This document shows, one piece after another, positions 29,607-38,664 of a stretch of 52,869 bases of DNA. Source of the DNA: Candidatus Heimdallarchaeota archaeon (GTDB lineage: Archaea > Asgardarchaeota > Heimdallarchaeia > Heimdallarchaeales > Heimdallarchaeaceae); NCBI GenBank assembly GCA_019057375.1, contig DXJF01000113.1, positions 1 to 52,869 of the forward strand. The letters are read 5' to 3'. Made by a program: the position numbers and the translations under genes. The notes under the pieces are model-generated. The model was not told the origin of the DNA and did no database searches. It worked only from the letters and a program-made list of their open reading frames with translations. Positions within the stretch are counted from its first letter, which is position 1, and each line of letters starts with the position of its first letter.

Positions 29607-30674
29607 GTGCTAATCAAACGAATCTTAATCATAACAGAACATGGTGTTCCTATCTTTGATTATGAAGAGTATGGAAGAGATGATGAAGTCTTAGTTTCAG
29701 GATTATTGACAGCAATCTTAAGATTCGTTGAGGAAACTGAAAAAGAAAAACTTTCAAGACTTCTTCTCGAGGAAAGCCAGTTTCTTGTTATTTCTAAAGA
29801 ATCTCTTATTTTCATTTTCCAGATTTCAGATGAGATGCCTGGTGATTATGCAGAATATGTAAGTAATTGTATGTTTGAAAAATTTATGAAAGAGTATGAG
29901 AAGCAGATTAAGGATTTCAATGGAAACGTAAGCATTTTTCATGATTTTCAGGATAGATGTAAGGAAATCCTCCTTGAATGTGGTGCAGATGTGGCTGATG
30001 TCTTAATTCATGATCAAGAAGGTAGAAATCTTCGAGCTTGGTGTTTATTATCACTTGATTATGAACCACTTATTGTAAGAGCAAGTGCTCCAAACTATAA
30101 CATTGATAGTTTTACCATTTTCCAAGTATTAGGTAAAAGTGTGAAGAAGGTTACTTCTAAGTTAACTAATTACTCCAAAGGAACTTGCTTCCACGTTACG
30201 CATAAGGGAAATGTTATTCAAACAATAATTCTACCACATGCTATTATACTAACCGAATCATATGTAGAAGAGCTGAAAGCAAAAGGAATAAAACAATTTA
30301 AAACAAAAACAGCTCAGCAGCTGATTAATACATTTACCAAAACATACAACCCAGATTCTATAGAAGTTTATAATAAAAACTTGATTTCAACCACAACACA
30401 GAAAGAAATCCACAAAGATCAAAAGTTCATACTAGATCTGTTCAAAGCAGCAGAAAAAGGATTTCAATACTTATTTGATTCCCCAACCCATTTACAGATA
30501 CTAAACTATGATGAGAAAAGATATATTTTTATTAAACTAATTAATCGAACTATTGTTATGGAATTTAACAGAACAGTTTCTGTGTCAGCAATAATTGAAC
30601 GTACTATTAAAGTGTTCGAAGAAGCAATAATTGTTAAGGACGATATCCCTGCAGCAGTGCTAGAAAAACAGTAG
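29607..30674 (+). CDS. Longin-domain protein (possibly multi-longin)
   Basis: N-terminal ILIITEHGVPIF...LVSGLLTAILRF...FMKEY...FNGNVSIF longin pattern; two further alpha/beta units follow. Confidence 0.7.
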   Translation: MLIKRILIITEHGVPIFDYEEYGRDDEVLVSGLLTAILRFVEETEKEKLSRLLLEESQFLVISKESLIFIFQISDEMPGDYAEYVSNCMFEKFMKEYEKQIKDFNGNVSIFHDFQDRCKEILLECGADVADVLIHDQEGRNLRAWCLLSLDYEPLIVRASAPNYNIDSFTIFQVLGKSVKKVTSKLTNYSKGTCFHVTHKGNVIQTIILPHAIILTESYVEELKAKGIKQFKTKTAQQLINTFTKTYNPDSIEVYNKNLISTTTQKEIHKDQKFILDLFKAAEKGFQYLFDSPTHLQILNYDEKRYIFIKLINRTIVMEFNRTVSVSAIIERTIKVFEEAIIVKDDIPAAVLEKQ

Positions 30675-31638
30675 TGGCAGTAATGTCAGCTGTTGTCCCC
30701 GGATTTATTTGGGTATCTTGTGATGTTCTAAGATAGGCATCTAACTCTTTTATTTTTGTTTGACCATCATCAGTAAATACTCCACCAGCTTGAACAACTT
30801 TTTTTGCTTCTTTGTTAACATATGAAGCAATTTCATTACCAAATCTTTTAGCTATATGTGTATCTTTCTTTTCTGAAAGTAATGTAATATAGGTTTGAGT
30901 AATTGAATTTCTAAAATTCTGATTCTCTTCAAATGCTCTCAAAAATGTAGTATAACCATATTTTAGTGTAATCTGGTATTTATGTGATAATTCGTAAAAG
31001 ATGAGGTCTCTACCCTTATAGAAATTTGTGTATTCGTGAAGATTTATTCTTTCATGTTTATGGATTTCCAAAAATGAATTAAAATCATCTTCCTCCTTAT
31101 CAGATGGGAGCAAATTTTCTGAAACAGACTTATTTAAGGCTTCTGTGAGATAGATACAATCTTCTGTAGTGGAATTTTTGAGAAACTGTTCCGATATATA
31201 GACTACATTGTCTAGATTTAATCGAGTATTAGTCTTCATACCTTCATGAGCAAAACTGTGAGCTGCTCCAAGAGTAATTGGTGCAAACATTATCAAAGTC
31301 CCTAGTATAGTATTACCTGAACCCTTGTACCAGGTTAGAGATTTTTCTAGAGCTCTTTCAATGAAAAAACCAATTTCCGCATCCTCATACCACAAATGAT
31401 TTTCAGCAACAAGAATTCCTCTTTTTGAAAGTCCAAACATTGGAGAATAAAGATTACTACCACCTACTAAGAAGTGCTCAGTTTTGGTATCTTTAAATTC
31501 ATTTCTAAAGGAAGCACCTCCAGGCTTTGAATCTGTAGCATATAAGAGGTTATGTGAAAGAACAGCACATTGAGAGATATATAATTGTACATCAAGTACC
31601 TTGCCTTTAACATCATTAGATATCTTTGAGAAAGGCAT
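30634..31638 (-). CDS. citG: Triphosphoribosyl-dephospho-CoA synthase (CitG/MdcB family)
   Basis: KPG, NTILGTLIMFAP, INPGTTADITA motifs. Confidence 0.8.
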   Translation of the reverse strand: MPFSKISNDVKGKVLDVQLYISQCAVLSHNLLYATDSKPGGASFRNEFKDTKTEHFLVGGSNLYSPMFGLSKRGILVAENHLWYEDAEIGFFIERALEKSLTWYKGSGNTILGTLIMFAPITLGAAHSFAHEGMKTNTRLNLDNVVYISEQFLKNSTTEDCIYLTEALNKSVSENLLPSDKEEDDFNSFLEIHKHERINLHEYTNFYKGRDLIFYELSHKYQITLKYGYTTFLRAFEENQNFRNSITQTYITLLSEKKDTHIAKRFGNEIASYVNKEAKKVVQAGGVFTDDGQTKIKELDAYLRTSQDTQINPGTTADITATTVFLALLQGYRP

Positions 31639-31867
31639 TCAAGTAAAGTAAATTTGTATTCTATTTTGAATGCATCGGTGATTGAGAAACAAATAGATTA
31701 CAGGTTATTGAAAAAATAACTTGCGTATCATATCGGACTAACGTTAAGTTTAATTATGTTCGAGTACTACTAGACTTGTAATGTTTCCGAAAGGGAATGA
31801 TTCAATTTTTGTTTGTAAATTTTCAATAGATATAGTATTATCTTTTCATGGTATTAGGTGATTAAAA

Positions 31868-32437
31868 ATGAATAAAGATCTAAGAAAAAGTGATACACTT
31901 GCACACACAACAGGTTCTTTTATTAACATTTTAAAGGAAGTAAACAATGTTTGGGATGAAAAAACCCAGAAAATAATTTCATTAAGCCCTGATGTGTTTA
32001 GAGATGTTAACGAAATCATTTCTTCAAAAGGCAAGATTGTTACAAAAAAGGAAAAAATAATTGCAAACCTTGCAACATTATGTACTCTTTACAATGAGAT
32101 GGAACAAGTAAGTGCAGAAAGAATTGATCTAATGATTGAGATGGAAGGTTTAGACTTCCCTATTAAAACGCCCAAAAAATTGCTCAATTTGTGCAAAAGG
32201 GATGTAGAAACGAATAAATTGTTGAAAACCATTGCTCACAACATTAGTAAGACAATGACTTTCATAGACCAAAAAATAACATATATTGAATTATTAGAAA
32301 ATTCATTAAAATCATTTGAATCTGCTTTTACAGAATATAATGAAATCATAGATATCAGTAGATTTCTAACTGCAAATCTAGAGAAAGAATTAGAAAAAGA
32401 GTTCAAAAAAGCACGCAAATATGGAGACTTTGTTTAA
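31868..32437 (+). CDS. Hypothetical alpha-helical protein
   Basis: 189 aa ORF with SD-like AGGTGA upstream. Confidence 0.7.
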   Translation: MNKDLRKSDTLAHTTGSFINILKEVNNVWDEKTQKIISLSPDVFRDVNEIISSKGKIVTKKEKIIANLATLCTLYNEMEQVSAERIDLMIEMEGLDFPIKTPKKLLNLCKRDVETNKLLKTIAHNISKTMTFIDQKITYIELLENSLKSFESAFTEYNEIIDISRFLTANLEKELEKEFKKARKYGDFV

Positions 32438-32498
32438 TTCTCTCTTTTTTTTCTAATAATTGAAAAAAGTTATTAGAAGACAATGTTTATTTGATTCA

Positions 32499-34043
32499 AT
32501 GAATAATAATTCTGACAAAGTTTTTACTAACAAAATGACTAGAGTTTTAGAAGACAATGTCTTTTTTACAGGAGTAACTATTTTTGAGATGATGGAAACT
32601 GCTGGACAAGTCATAGCAGAAGAAATTGAAAATTATTTTAATTCGAAATATTTGAAGGATATTGTCTTTCTGGTTGGATTTGGAAATAATGGTGGTGACG
32701 GGTTAGTAGCTGCTAGATATCTTCTAGAAAAAGAATACAGCTGTAAGATAATTGTGGTAGGGGATAAAACTACATTCAACTCTTTGGCATCACAAGAAAA
32801 TTACAATAAACTAAAAGCTGTTTTACCGATAGAAAACTGGTATCAGATAAGAGAAATATCTGATATTGAAAGAATATTTGTGGAGGTTGGAAAAGAAAAC
32901 CTTCTCATAGATTGTATCTTTGGAATTGGAATTCAAGGAAGTTTGAGAGAGCCCTATTATTCGTTGATTGATTTCATTAATCAAGATTACAAGGGAGGTA
33001 TAATTTCTGTAGATTTACCTTCTGGGTATGATTCTGAAGTAGATAATGAGATGTTTATCAGAAATCCCAAAAAAATAATATGCCTTGGAAGAAACAAAAT
33101 TGGAGTAAAGATTTTCACTGAAACTGAAATTATAGTCAGAAATATAGGAATCCCATTAAAAGCTGAGAATTACATTGGTTTCGGAGATTTGAAATGGTAT
33201 TACCCTAGAAGAAAATCAAACAGTCATAAGCGTCAAAACGGTGTAATTACAATCATTGCAGGTTCGAAGGATTATATTGGTGCTCCAGCATTAGCTGGAA
33301 TGGGAGCTTTTAGGACAGGGGCAGATCTTATCTTTATTCTTACACCTTCTGATATTAGGGAAACAGTGGCATCTTACAGACCAGATTTTATTACCATCCC
33401 AGCTAGTCAAAAAGAGATAGAGCCATCTGATATTGAAGACCTTTTCTCACATTCAAGGATTGAAGGTTCCAGTTTTATTATAGGACCTGGAATGATGAAT
33501 ACGCAAACTACGAGAAACACTCTATTGAAATTCTTAGAGAATGAAGAAAAGCAACAAGTTGTGATAGATGCAAGTGCTCTAAGTATGATGGATGAAGAAC
33601 ATCTCAAATTGCTTAAGAATCATGATGTTGTTCTAACACCACATAAAGGAGAATTTAGGAGTATTTTTGGTATAAAGTTGACAGGAGATTTAGAATCCGA
33701 TTCTAAAATTGTTACTGAAACAGCTCAGAAATGGAATATCACAATTCTACTGAAAGGAGAAATTGATATAATTTCAAATGGTAAAATAACCAAGTTTAAT
33801 GAAACGGGTCATCCTGGAATGAGCGTAGGGGGAACAGGAGATGTTCTAACAGGAATAGTTGCAGCGTTATTATCAGTAAATAAAGATCCATTTCTTTCTT
33901 CATGTTTAGGTGCTTTTATCTCAGGTGCTGCTGGAGAACTAGCAGCTAGAAGTTTCGGTGATGGTCTTATGGCATCAGATATACCTAATTGCATATATCC
34001 TATACTAGAAAAAGCATTAAATTTTAGAGCTAAAGAATTATGA
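32499..34043 (+). CDS. nnr: Bifunctional NAD(P)H-hydrate epimerase/dehydratase
   Basis: MMETAG, GNNGGDG, DCIFGIG, DLPSG (YjeF_N); GSKDYIGAP, TPHKGEF, GGTGDVLTG (carbohydrate kinase-like). ORF track starts at 32460; ATG 32499 preferred. Confidence 0.93.
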   Translation: MNNNSDKVFTNKMTRVLEDNVFFTGVTIFEMMETAGQVIAEEIENYFNSKYLKDIVFLVGFGNNGGDGLVAARYLLEKEYSCKIIVVGDKTTFNSLASQENYNKLKAVLPIENWYQIREISDIERIFVEVGKENLLIDCIFGIGIQGSLREPYYSLIDFINQDYKGGIISVDLPSGYDSEVDNEMFIRNPKKIICLGRNKIGVKIFTETEIIVRNIGIPLKAENYIGFGDLKWYYPRRKSNSHKRQNGVITIIAGSKDYIGAPALAGMGAFRTGADLIFILTPSDIRETVASYRPDFITIPASQKEIEPSDIEDLFSHSRIEGSSFIIGPGMMNTQTTRNTLLKFLENEEKQQVVIDASALSMMDEEHLKLLKNHDVVLTPHKGEFRSIFGIKLTGDLESDSKIVTETAQKWNITILLKGEIDIISNGKITKFNETGHPGMSVGGTGDVLTGIVAALLSVNKDPFLSSCLGAFISGAAGELAARSFGDGLMASDIPNCIYPILEKALNFRAKEL

Positions 34044-34047
34044 ATAA

Positions 34048-34911
34048 TTAGGGACTTGGTGATAAAGAAACTACAATCGTTCCAATTCCCAAATGAGTAG
34101 CAAGTGCAGGTGTTAAATAATTAATGATTTTTTCACCTAAAGGTATCTTAGTTTCGAGTTCCTTCATAATCTTGTCTGCTGATTCCTTATCGTCACCATG
34201 AGTTATCATCAAATCATATTGTTTGTTCTTCCTTATTCTACTTAGAATTTCTTTAATAACTCTATTTTGTGCCTTTTCTGTTCCAGTAGCTTTATCTACT
34301 GGTTCTAAAACTCCATCTCTAAGCTCAATAATTGGTTTTGCTTTTAACAGATTCCCAACGAAAAATCTAAGATGAGAGATTCTTCCTGATTTCTTTAGAT
34401 TATCTAGATTCTCTACATAACCTACGAGGAGAGATTCATCTCGTATCTCTTCTACTTTCTTAACTATCTCTTCTTCAGGAACTCCCCTTCTTGCTAGTTT
34501 AGCAATTGCTAAAGAAACAAATGCTAAGACACCAGAACCAAATTTTGAATCTATTAAATGAATTTGTTTATCTTTGATTCTTTTCACAACAATTCTTGCT
34601 GATTGAAATGTTGCCGATAACTTAGATGATAGGGTTGTTATAAATATGGAGGAATAATCTTTCATTGCTTCTGAGATTCTGTCAAGAAAATCTTTAGGAC
34701 TTGGAGCTGAAGTTGTTGGTAATTCTTTGAATTCTCTAAGCAATTCATAGTAATCTTCAACTTTAAGATCAATTCCATCTGCATATATTTTATCTTCATA
34801 GTGAATATAAACTGGCACTATATCGATATCATACTTCACAGCTAATTCTTGAGGTAGATCTGAGGTACTATCTACAATTACTTTCACTTTCTTAGTTTCC
34901 AAACAAATCAT
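34048..34911 (-). CDS. DegV family fatty-acid-binding protein
   Basis: VDSTSDL, PTTSAPSP, SSKLSATFQSA, LKKSGRI, THLGIG. Confidence 0.92.
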   Translation of the reverse strand: MICLETKKVKVIVDSTSDLPQELAVKYDIDIVPVYIHYEDKIYADGIDLKVEDYYELLREFKELPTTSAPSPKDFLDRISEAMKDYSSIFITTLSSKLSATFQSARIVVKRIKDKQIHLIDSKFGSGVLAFVSLAIAKLARRGVPEEEIVKKVEEIRDESLLVGYVENLDNLKKSGRISHLRFFVGNLLKAKPIIELRDGVLEPVDKATGTEKAQNRVIKEILSRIRKNKQYDLMITHGDDKESADKIMKELETKIPLGEKIINYLTPALATHLGIGTIVVSLSPSP

Positions 34912-35051
34912 CTCCGAATTTTACTTTCTGAGAATTGGTACAATTGATGATAAATTTTCTAAATGGTTGATAACAATCATTCATGAACTATATAAATTAT
35001 TTCAATAAACATTCTCTAATGAAAGAATGTTGAAGAAAGACTAAAGTATTA

Positions 35052-35969
35052 TTATCTAGTTTTTCTTGTTTTTCGAATTGCTCTTTCTTCTTCCTTTGCT
35101 CTTTTTTTAACTCTTTTTTCTTCTGCACTTCTAGCTCTCTCTCTTCGTTTTTCTCGTTCTTTCATCTGTTTTTCTTTTTCTTTCTCTTGTTTTTGTTTTT
35201 CTTTGTCAGAGAGTTTCTTAGCTTCCTTCTTTACTACAGTTGGAATTGGTAAATCCTTTGTTTGAGCAGTAACTTTAGCAAAATACTTGAGAACTGTCAT
35301 AGCAAATTTTGTGAGTACTAGTAGATCTGCAGGTTTTTTAGTCATGTTGAATTTTAGCTCGAAATGAGGTTCATCAGTTCGAACAGAAATCCACTGAAGT
35401 TCCTTGGGATATTCTCCAAGAGCTTTCAGGAAAGTTTTGCTCCTTATCAATTGATTAATGGCTCTGACTCTATTGGACTTTATCAAGAATGAGTCATTAA
35501 CTTCTTGTTCAGGAGTTGCAATATCATCAATTTCTATAAGATAATCAAAATCCTTTCTAATAGCTGATTTCATCTTATAAGGTATCACTTCGAATAATAC
35601 TCTGGGTTTATCTGGAAAATTTGCTGCTAAACCGAATGAATCTTTATTTCTAAAGAACAATCCGTCAACTAGCATGGTTGGAAAAGAGGTTCTTGGTAAT
35701 AAAATAATCCAAGCAGAAGTACTAGTTACAGCATACTCTTCACCCATTTGGCACCTAATTTCTACTTGACGATCATTAGGATCTTTTCTAGAATAATTCA
35801 TAATATATGGATCGATTGCTGTAAGAACTTCATCTATATAGAACTCCTTCTTCTTCTTATTAGCAAATTTACCCCAAATATAAAAACCGAGATATAATCC
35901 AATAAATACAAGTACGGGTAGAAGCATCACAAGAATTGATCCAAAGTCGAACAAATCTGAATTAGTCAT
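35052..35969 (-). CDS. Single-pass membrane protein, CCDC47/DUF1682-like candidate
   Basis: TM followed by GKxxN, an alpha/beta cytosolic domain and a long basic C-terminal coiled coil; correspondence to CCDC47 by eye. Confidence 0.6.
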   Translation of the reverse strand: MTNSDLFDFGSILVMLLPVLVFIGLYLGFYIWGKFANKKKKEFYIDEVLTAIDPYIMNYSRKDPNDRQVEIRCQMGEEYAVTSTSAWIILLPRTSFPTMLVDGLFFRNKDSFGLAANFPDKPRVLFEVIPYKMKSAIRKDFDYLIEIDDIATPEQEVNDSFLIKSNRVRAINQLIRSKTFLKALGEYPKELQWISVRTDEPHFELKFNMTKKPADLLVLTKFAMTVLKYFAKVTAQTKDLPIPTVVKKEAKKLSDKEKQKQEKEKEKQMKEREKRRERARSAEEKRVKKRAKEEERAIRKTRKTR

Positions 35970-36030
35970 GATAATTACCGGTATATTCTAACCCCTCAGA
36001 GAAGACCACCTATTTTAATTCTTGGTTTTG

Positions 36031-36594
36031 TTATATCTTCATCTGGTCGCTTTTTCTTCTGATAATGATACGTCCCAAATCGATAAAAGCTTCATTAACA
36101 TTTGTTCCTATAAGAGCACAAGTAGAATAGAAATCAATTAATTCAATGTTGGTATATTTATCTTTGAAATTTTCTACAAAAGTCTTCGCTTGCTCATTCC
36201 ATAGGCTATTTTGAGCTTCTTCCATCAAATCTTCTTTATTTCCTAATACTAATATTGGAATGTTTTCATTGATAGATGAATTAAGTTCTTTTAACCATCT
36301 CTCTAGATTAGCAAACGTTTCAGGACGACTCTTGTCAAAAACCAGTAAGCCTCCTTCAGAACCAACATATTGTTTCTCTCTTAGTCTAACATATTCTTCT
36401 TGACCACCAAGGTCCCAGATTTGAAACATAATCTCAATATCTTCATCTATATGTTTATGAGAGGCTAGATCCACTCCAAGTGTGCTCATATAAACCTCTT
36501 CAAGATGAAGTCCCATAAAACTTCTTTTTAAGGTGGTTTTTCCTGTAGCATAATCTCCGAGAAGTACTATTTTGACAGTTCCATAAACAGACAT
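36031..36594 (-). CDS. Rab-like small GTPase (Ras superfamily)
   Basis: G1 GDYATGKTT, switch I STLGVD, G3 WDLGGQ, G4 NKED, G5 TCAL; no C-terminal prenylation Cys. Confidence 0.93.
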   Translation of the reverse strand: MSVYGTVKIVLLGDYATGKTTLKRSFMGLHLEEVYMSTLGVDLASHKHIDEDIEIMFQIWDLGGQEEYVRLREKQYVGSEGGLLVFDKSRPETFANLERWLKELNSSINENIPILVLGNKEDLMEEAQNSLWNEQAKTFVENFKDKYTNIELIDFYSTCALIGTNVNEAFIDLGRIIIRRKSDQMKI

Positions 36595-36708
36595 TACATT
36601 TCAAAGCTGAAATTTTAGGTTTATTAGGTTTTCTAATATTCTTTCTGTTTCTTAAATAATGAAGTTAGATGAAAAGTTTAACAATGTGTAATAAATTAAC
36701 AAAGTTGT

Positions 36709-37719
36709 ATGCCTTTCACAGTAGTTTGCGGTGGTTTTTGGGGAGATGAAGGAAAAGGAAAGCTCCTCTCCTATCTAGCCTTGAAAGATGATCTAGAAAG
36801 TGTTGTTCGTGCTGGTGTTGGAACCAATGCTGGCCATACAATCGAATTTGAAGGACGAGAGTATAAACTTCGTATGGTTCCTTCTGGTTTTGTTAACCCT
36901 AAGGTAAGAATGCTCATTGGAGCTGGAGTGCTGGTAGATCCAAATGTCTTGTTCAAAGAACTCAAGGAAACTAAGACTGAGGATAGAATGGGTGTTGATT
37001 ATCAATGTGGTATAATTGAGCAAAAACACATAATAATCGATTCTACTGATGCTCATCTAAAAGGGAAAATAGGCTCTACAGGCAGTGGAACAGGTCCGGC
37101 TAACATGGACAGAGCTATGCGTTCTCTCAAACTAGCAAGAGACATCCCTGAGTTACAACCATATCTAACCGATGTTAGTGTTGAAATAAATGATTCTTTA
37201 GATGAAGGAAAAAATGTAATGGCGGAGGGAAGTCAAGCAATTCTACTCTCATTATTCCATGGTTCATATCCTTATGTGACTTCAAAGGATACTTCTGCAG
37301 CTGCAATTTGCTCCGACGTTGGTGTAGGTCCAACAAGAGTTGATGAAGTGATAGTTGTTATGAAAGCATTCCTCACTAGAGTTGGGACAGGTGATTTGCC
37401 TGGTGAATTATCTGAAGAAGAAACTGTGAAACGTGGATGGACTGAATACGGAGCTGTTACTGGGAGATTAAGAAGAGCTGCTCCATTCAATTACGATTTA
37501 GCTAAGAAATCAGTTAGACTAAATGGAGCTACTCAAATTGCTCTAACTAAGCTTGATATTGTCTTTCCCGAGATAAATAAATCAAATGACATTTATAAGA
37601 TCAAAGGGGATGTTGCTGAGTTTGTTGATAGAATAGAAGAAGCCACTAAAATCAAAGTTACTATTATTGGTACAGGCCCTTCTGCTGAGGACATCATAGA
37701 TTTAAGAAATTCCATCTAA
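36709..37719 (+). CDS. purA: Adenylosuccinate synthetase (short archaeal type)
   Basis: FWGDEGKGK, NAGHT, IGSTGSG, EGSQA, GAVTGRLRR, TKLD. Confidence 0.96.
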   Translation: MPFTVVCGGFWGDEGKGKLLSYLALKDDLESVVRAGVGTNAGHTIEFEGREYKLRMVPSGFVNPKVRMLIGAGVLVDPNVLFKELKETKTEDRMGVDYQCGIIEQKHIIIDSTDAHLKGKIGSTGSGTGPANMDRAMRSLKLARDIPELQPYLTDVSVEINDSLDEGKNVMAEGSQAILLSLFHGSYPYVTSKDTSAAAICSDVGVGPTRVDEVIVVMKAFLTRVGTGDLPGELSEEETVKRGWTEYGAVTGRLRRAAPFNYDLAKKSVRLNGATQIALTKLDIVFPEINKSNDIYKIKGDVAEFVDRIEEATKIKVTIIGTGPSAEDIIDLRNSI

Positions 37720-37731
37720 CCAAACTGCATA

Positions 37732-38649
37732 ATGTTTATAATAGATGAATCTGTTTCTAAATCGAACAAGAGAATGACTAAGATTCCCTCCAAATTGCAC
37801 CCAGATTATCAAGATGAATTTTTCCTTAATTTGGATAAAATATTAGTACCTATCGGAGGAAGGTCATTCGAATGTACAGGTTTAGAATTAGCTTTTTACA
37901 TATCTCATGAATATGGAGCAAAATTAGACTTACTCCATATTGGAACTGATCCTGGTAGCAATATTGATGGTTATCTTAAAAAACTTCATAAGTTTGAAAT
38001 TGAACATAATCTGATTACAATAAAGAAACCTCATGTTTCCAAAGCTATTGTTGATTATTGGAAGGAACATAGACACGATCTTGTTATAATGTCTGGGAAA
38101 AGACGGCCAACTATTTTTGATAAAATGACTATTCCAAGTATATCTAGTTCGGTGATACCACATATAGAAACAGAAGTCCTTCAAATATTTCCTCCCACAA
38201 TGCAAAAAGTTTCTGACAAACTCAAGAATATTGCTGTACTATTGCCCTATTCTAAAAGAGACCCATTTCTATTGAGGTGGGCTTCTGCTATAGCAGCACC
38301 TCAAAAAGGTGCTAAAGTGAAAGTTTACTATATAGCTCAAGTTCCAGGAACAGTTCCATTGAGTGGGGCTGCACAGGAAAAAATAATAAAGAAAGAGAAA
38401 AGTGTTTTCAAAAAGTATATTGAAGAATATGAGAAGGTTTTTGGACAGATAATCAAACCTAGCTTCATATTAGGTCATGGAGTTTTGCCTGCCCTAGAAT
38501 CTATCTTTCAGAAAGATGAACCAGATTTAGTTATTATTGGTAGAACAAAAGAAAGGAATTTCTGGCAGAAAATATCCAAATGTCTTTCAAGTAAAATAAG
38601 AGATAAGCTTCTGAATCCTGGAGTTTGTATTCATCATATGTCGGAATAA
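37732..38649 (+). CDS. Tandem universal stress protein (USP) domain protein
   Basis: KILVPIGG and NIAVLLP starts, HDLVIMSG and PDLVIIG motifs. Confidence 0.75.
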   Translation: MFIIDESVSKSNKRMTKIPSKLHPDYQDEFFLNLDKILVPIGGRSFECTGLELAFYISHEYGAKLDLLHIGTDPGSNIDGYLKKLHKFEIEHNLITIKKPHVSKAIVDYWKEHRHDLVIMSGKRRPTIFDKMTIPSISSSVIPHIETEVLQIFPPTMQKVSDKLKNIAVLLPYSKRDPFLLRWASAIAAPQKGAKVKVYYIAQVPGTVPLSGAAQEKIIKKEKSVFKKYIEEYEKVFGQIIKPSFILGHGVLPALESIFQKDEPDLVIIGRTKERNFWQKISKCLSSKIRDKLLNPGVCIHHMSE

Positions 38650-38664
38650 AAAGAGAGTGAATAT

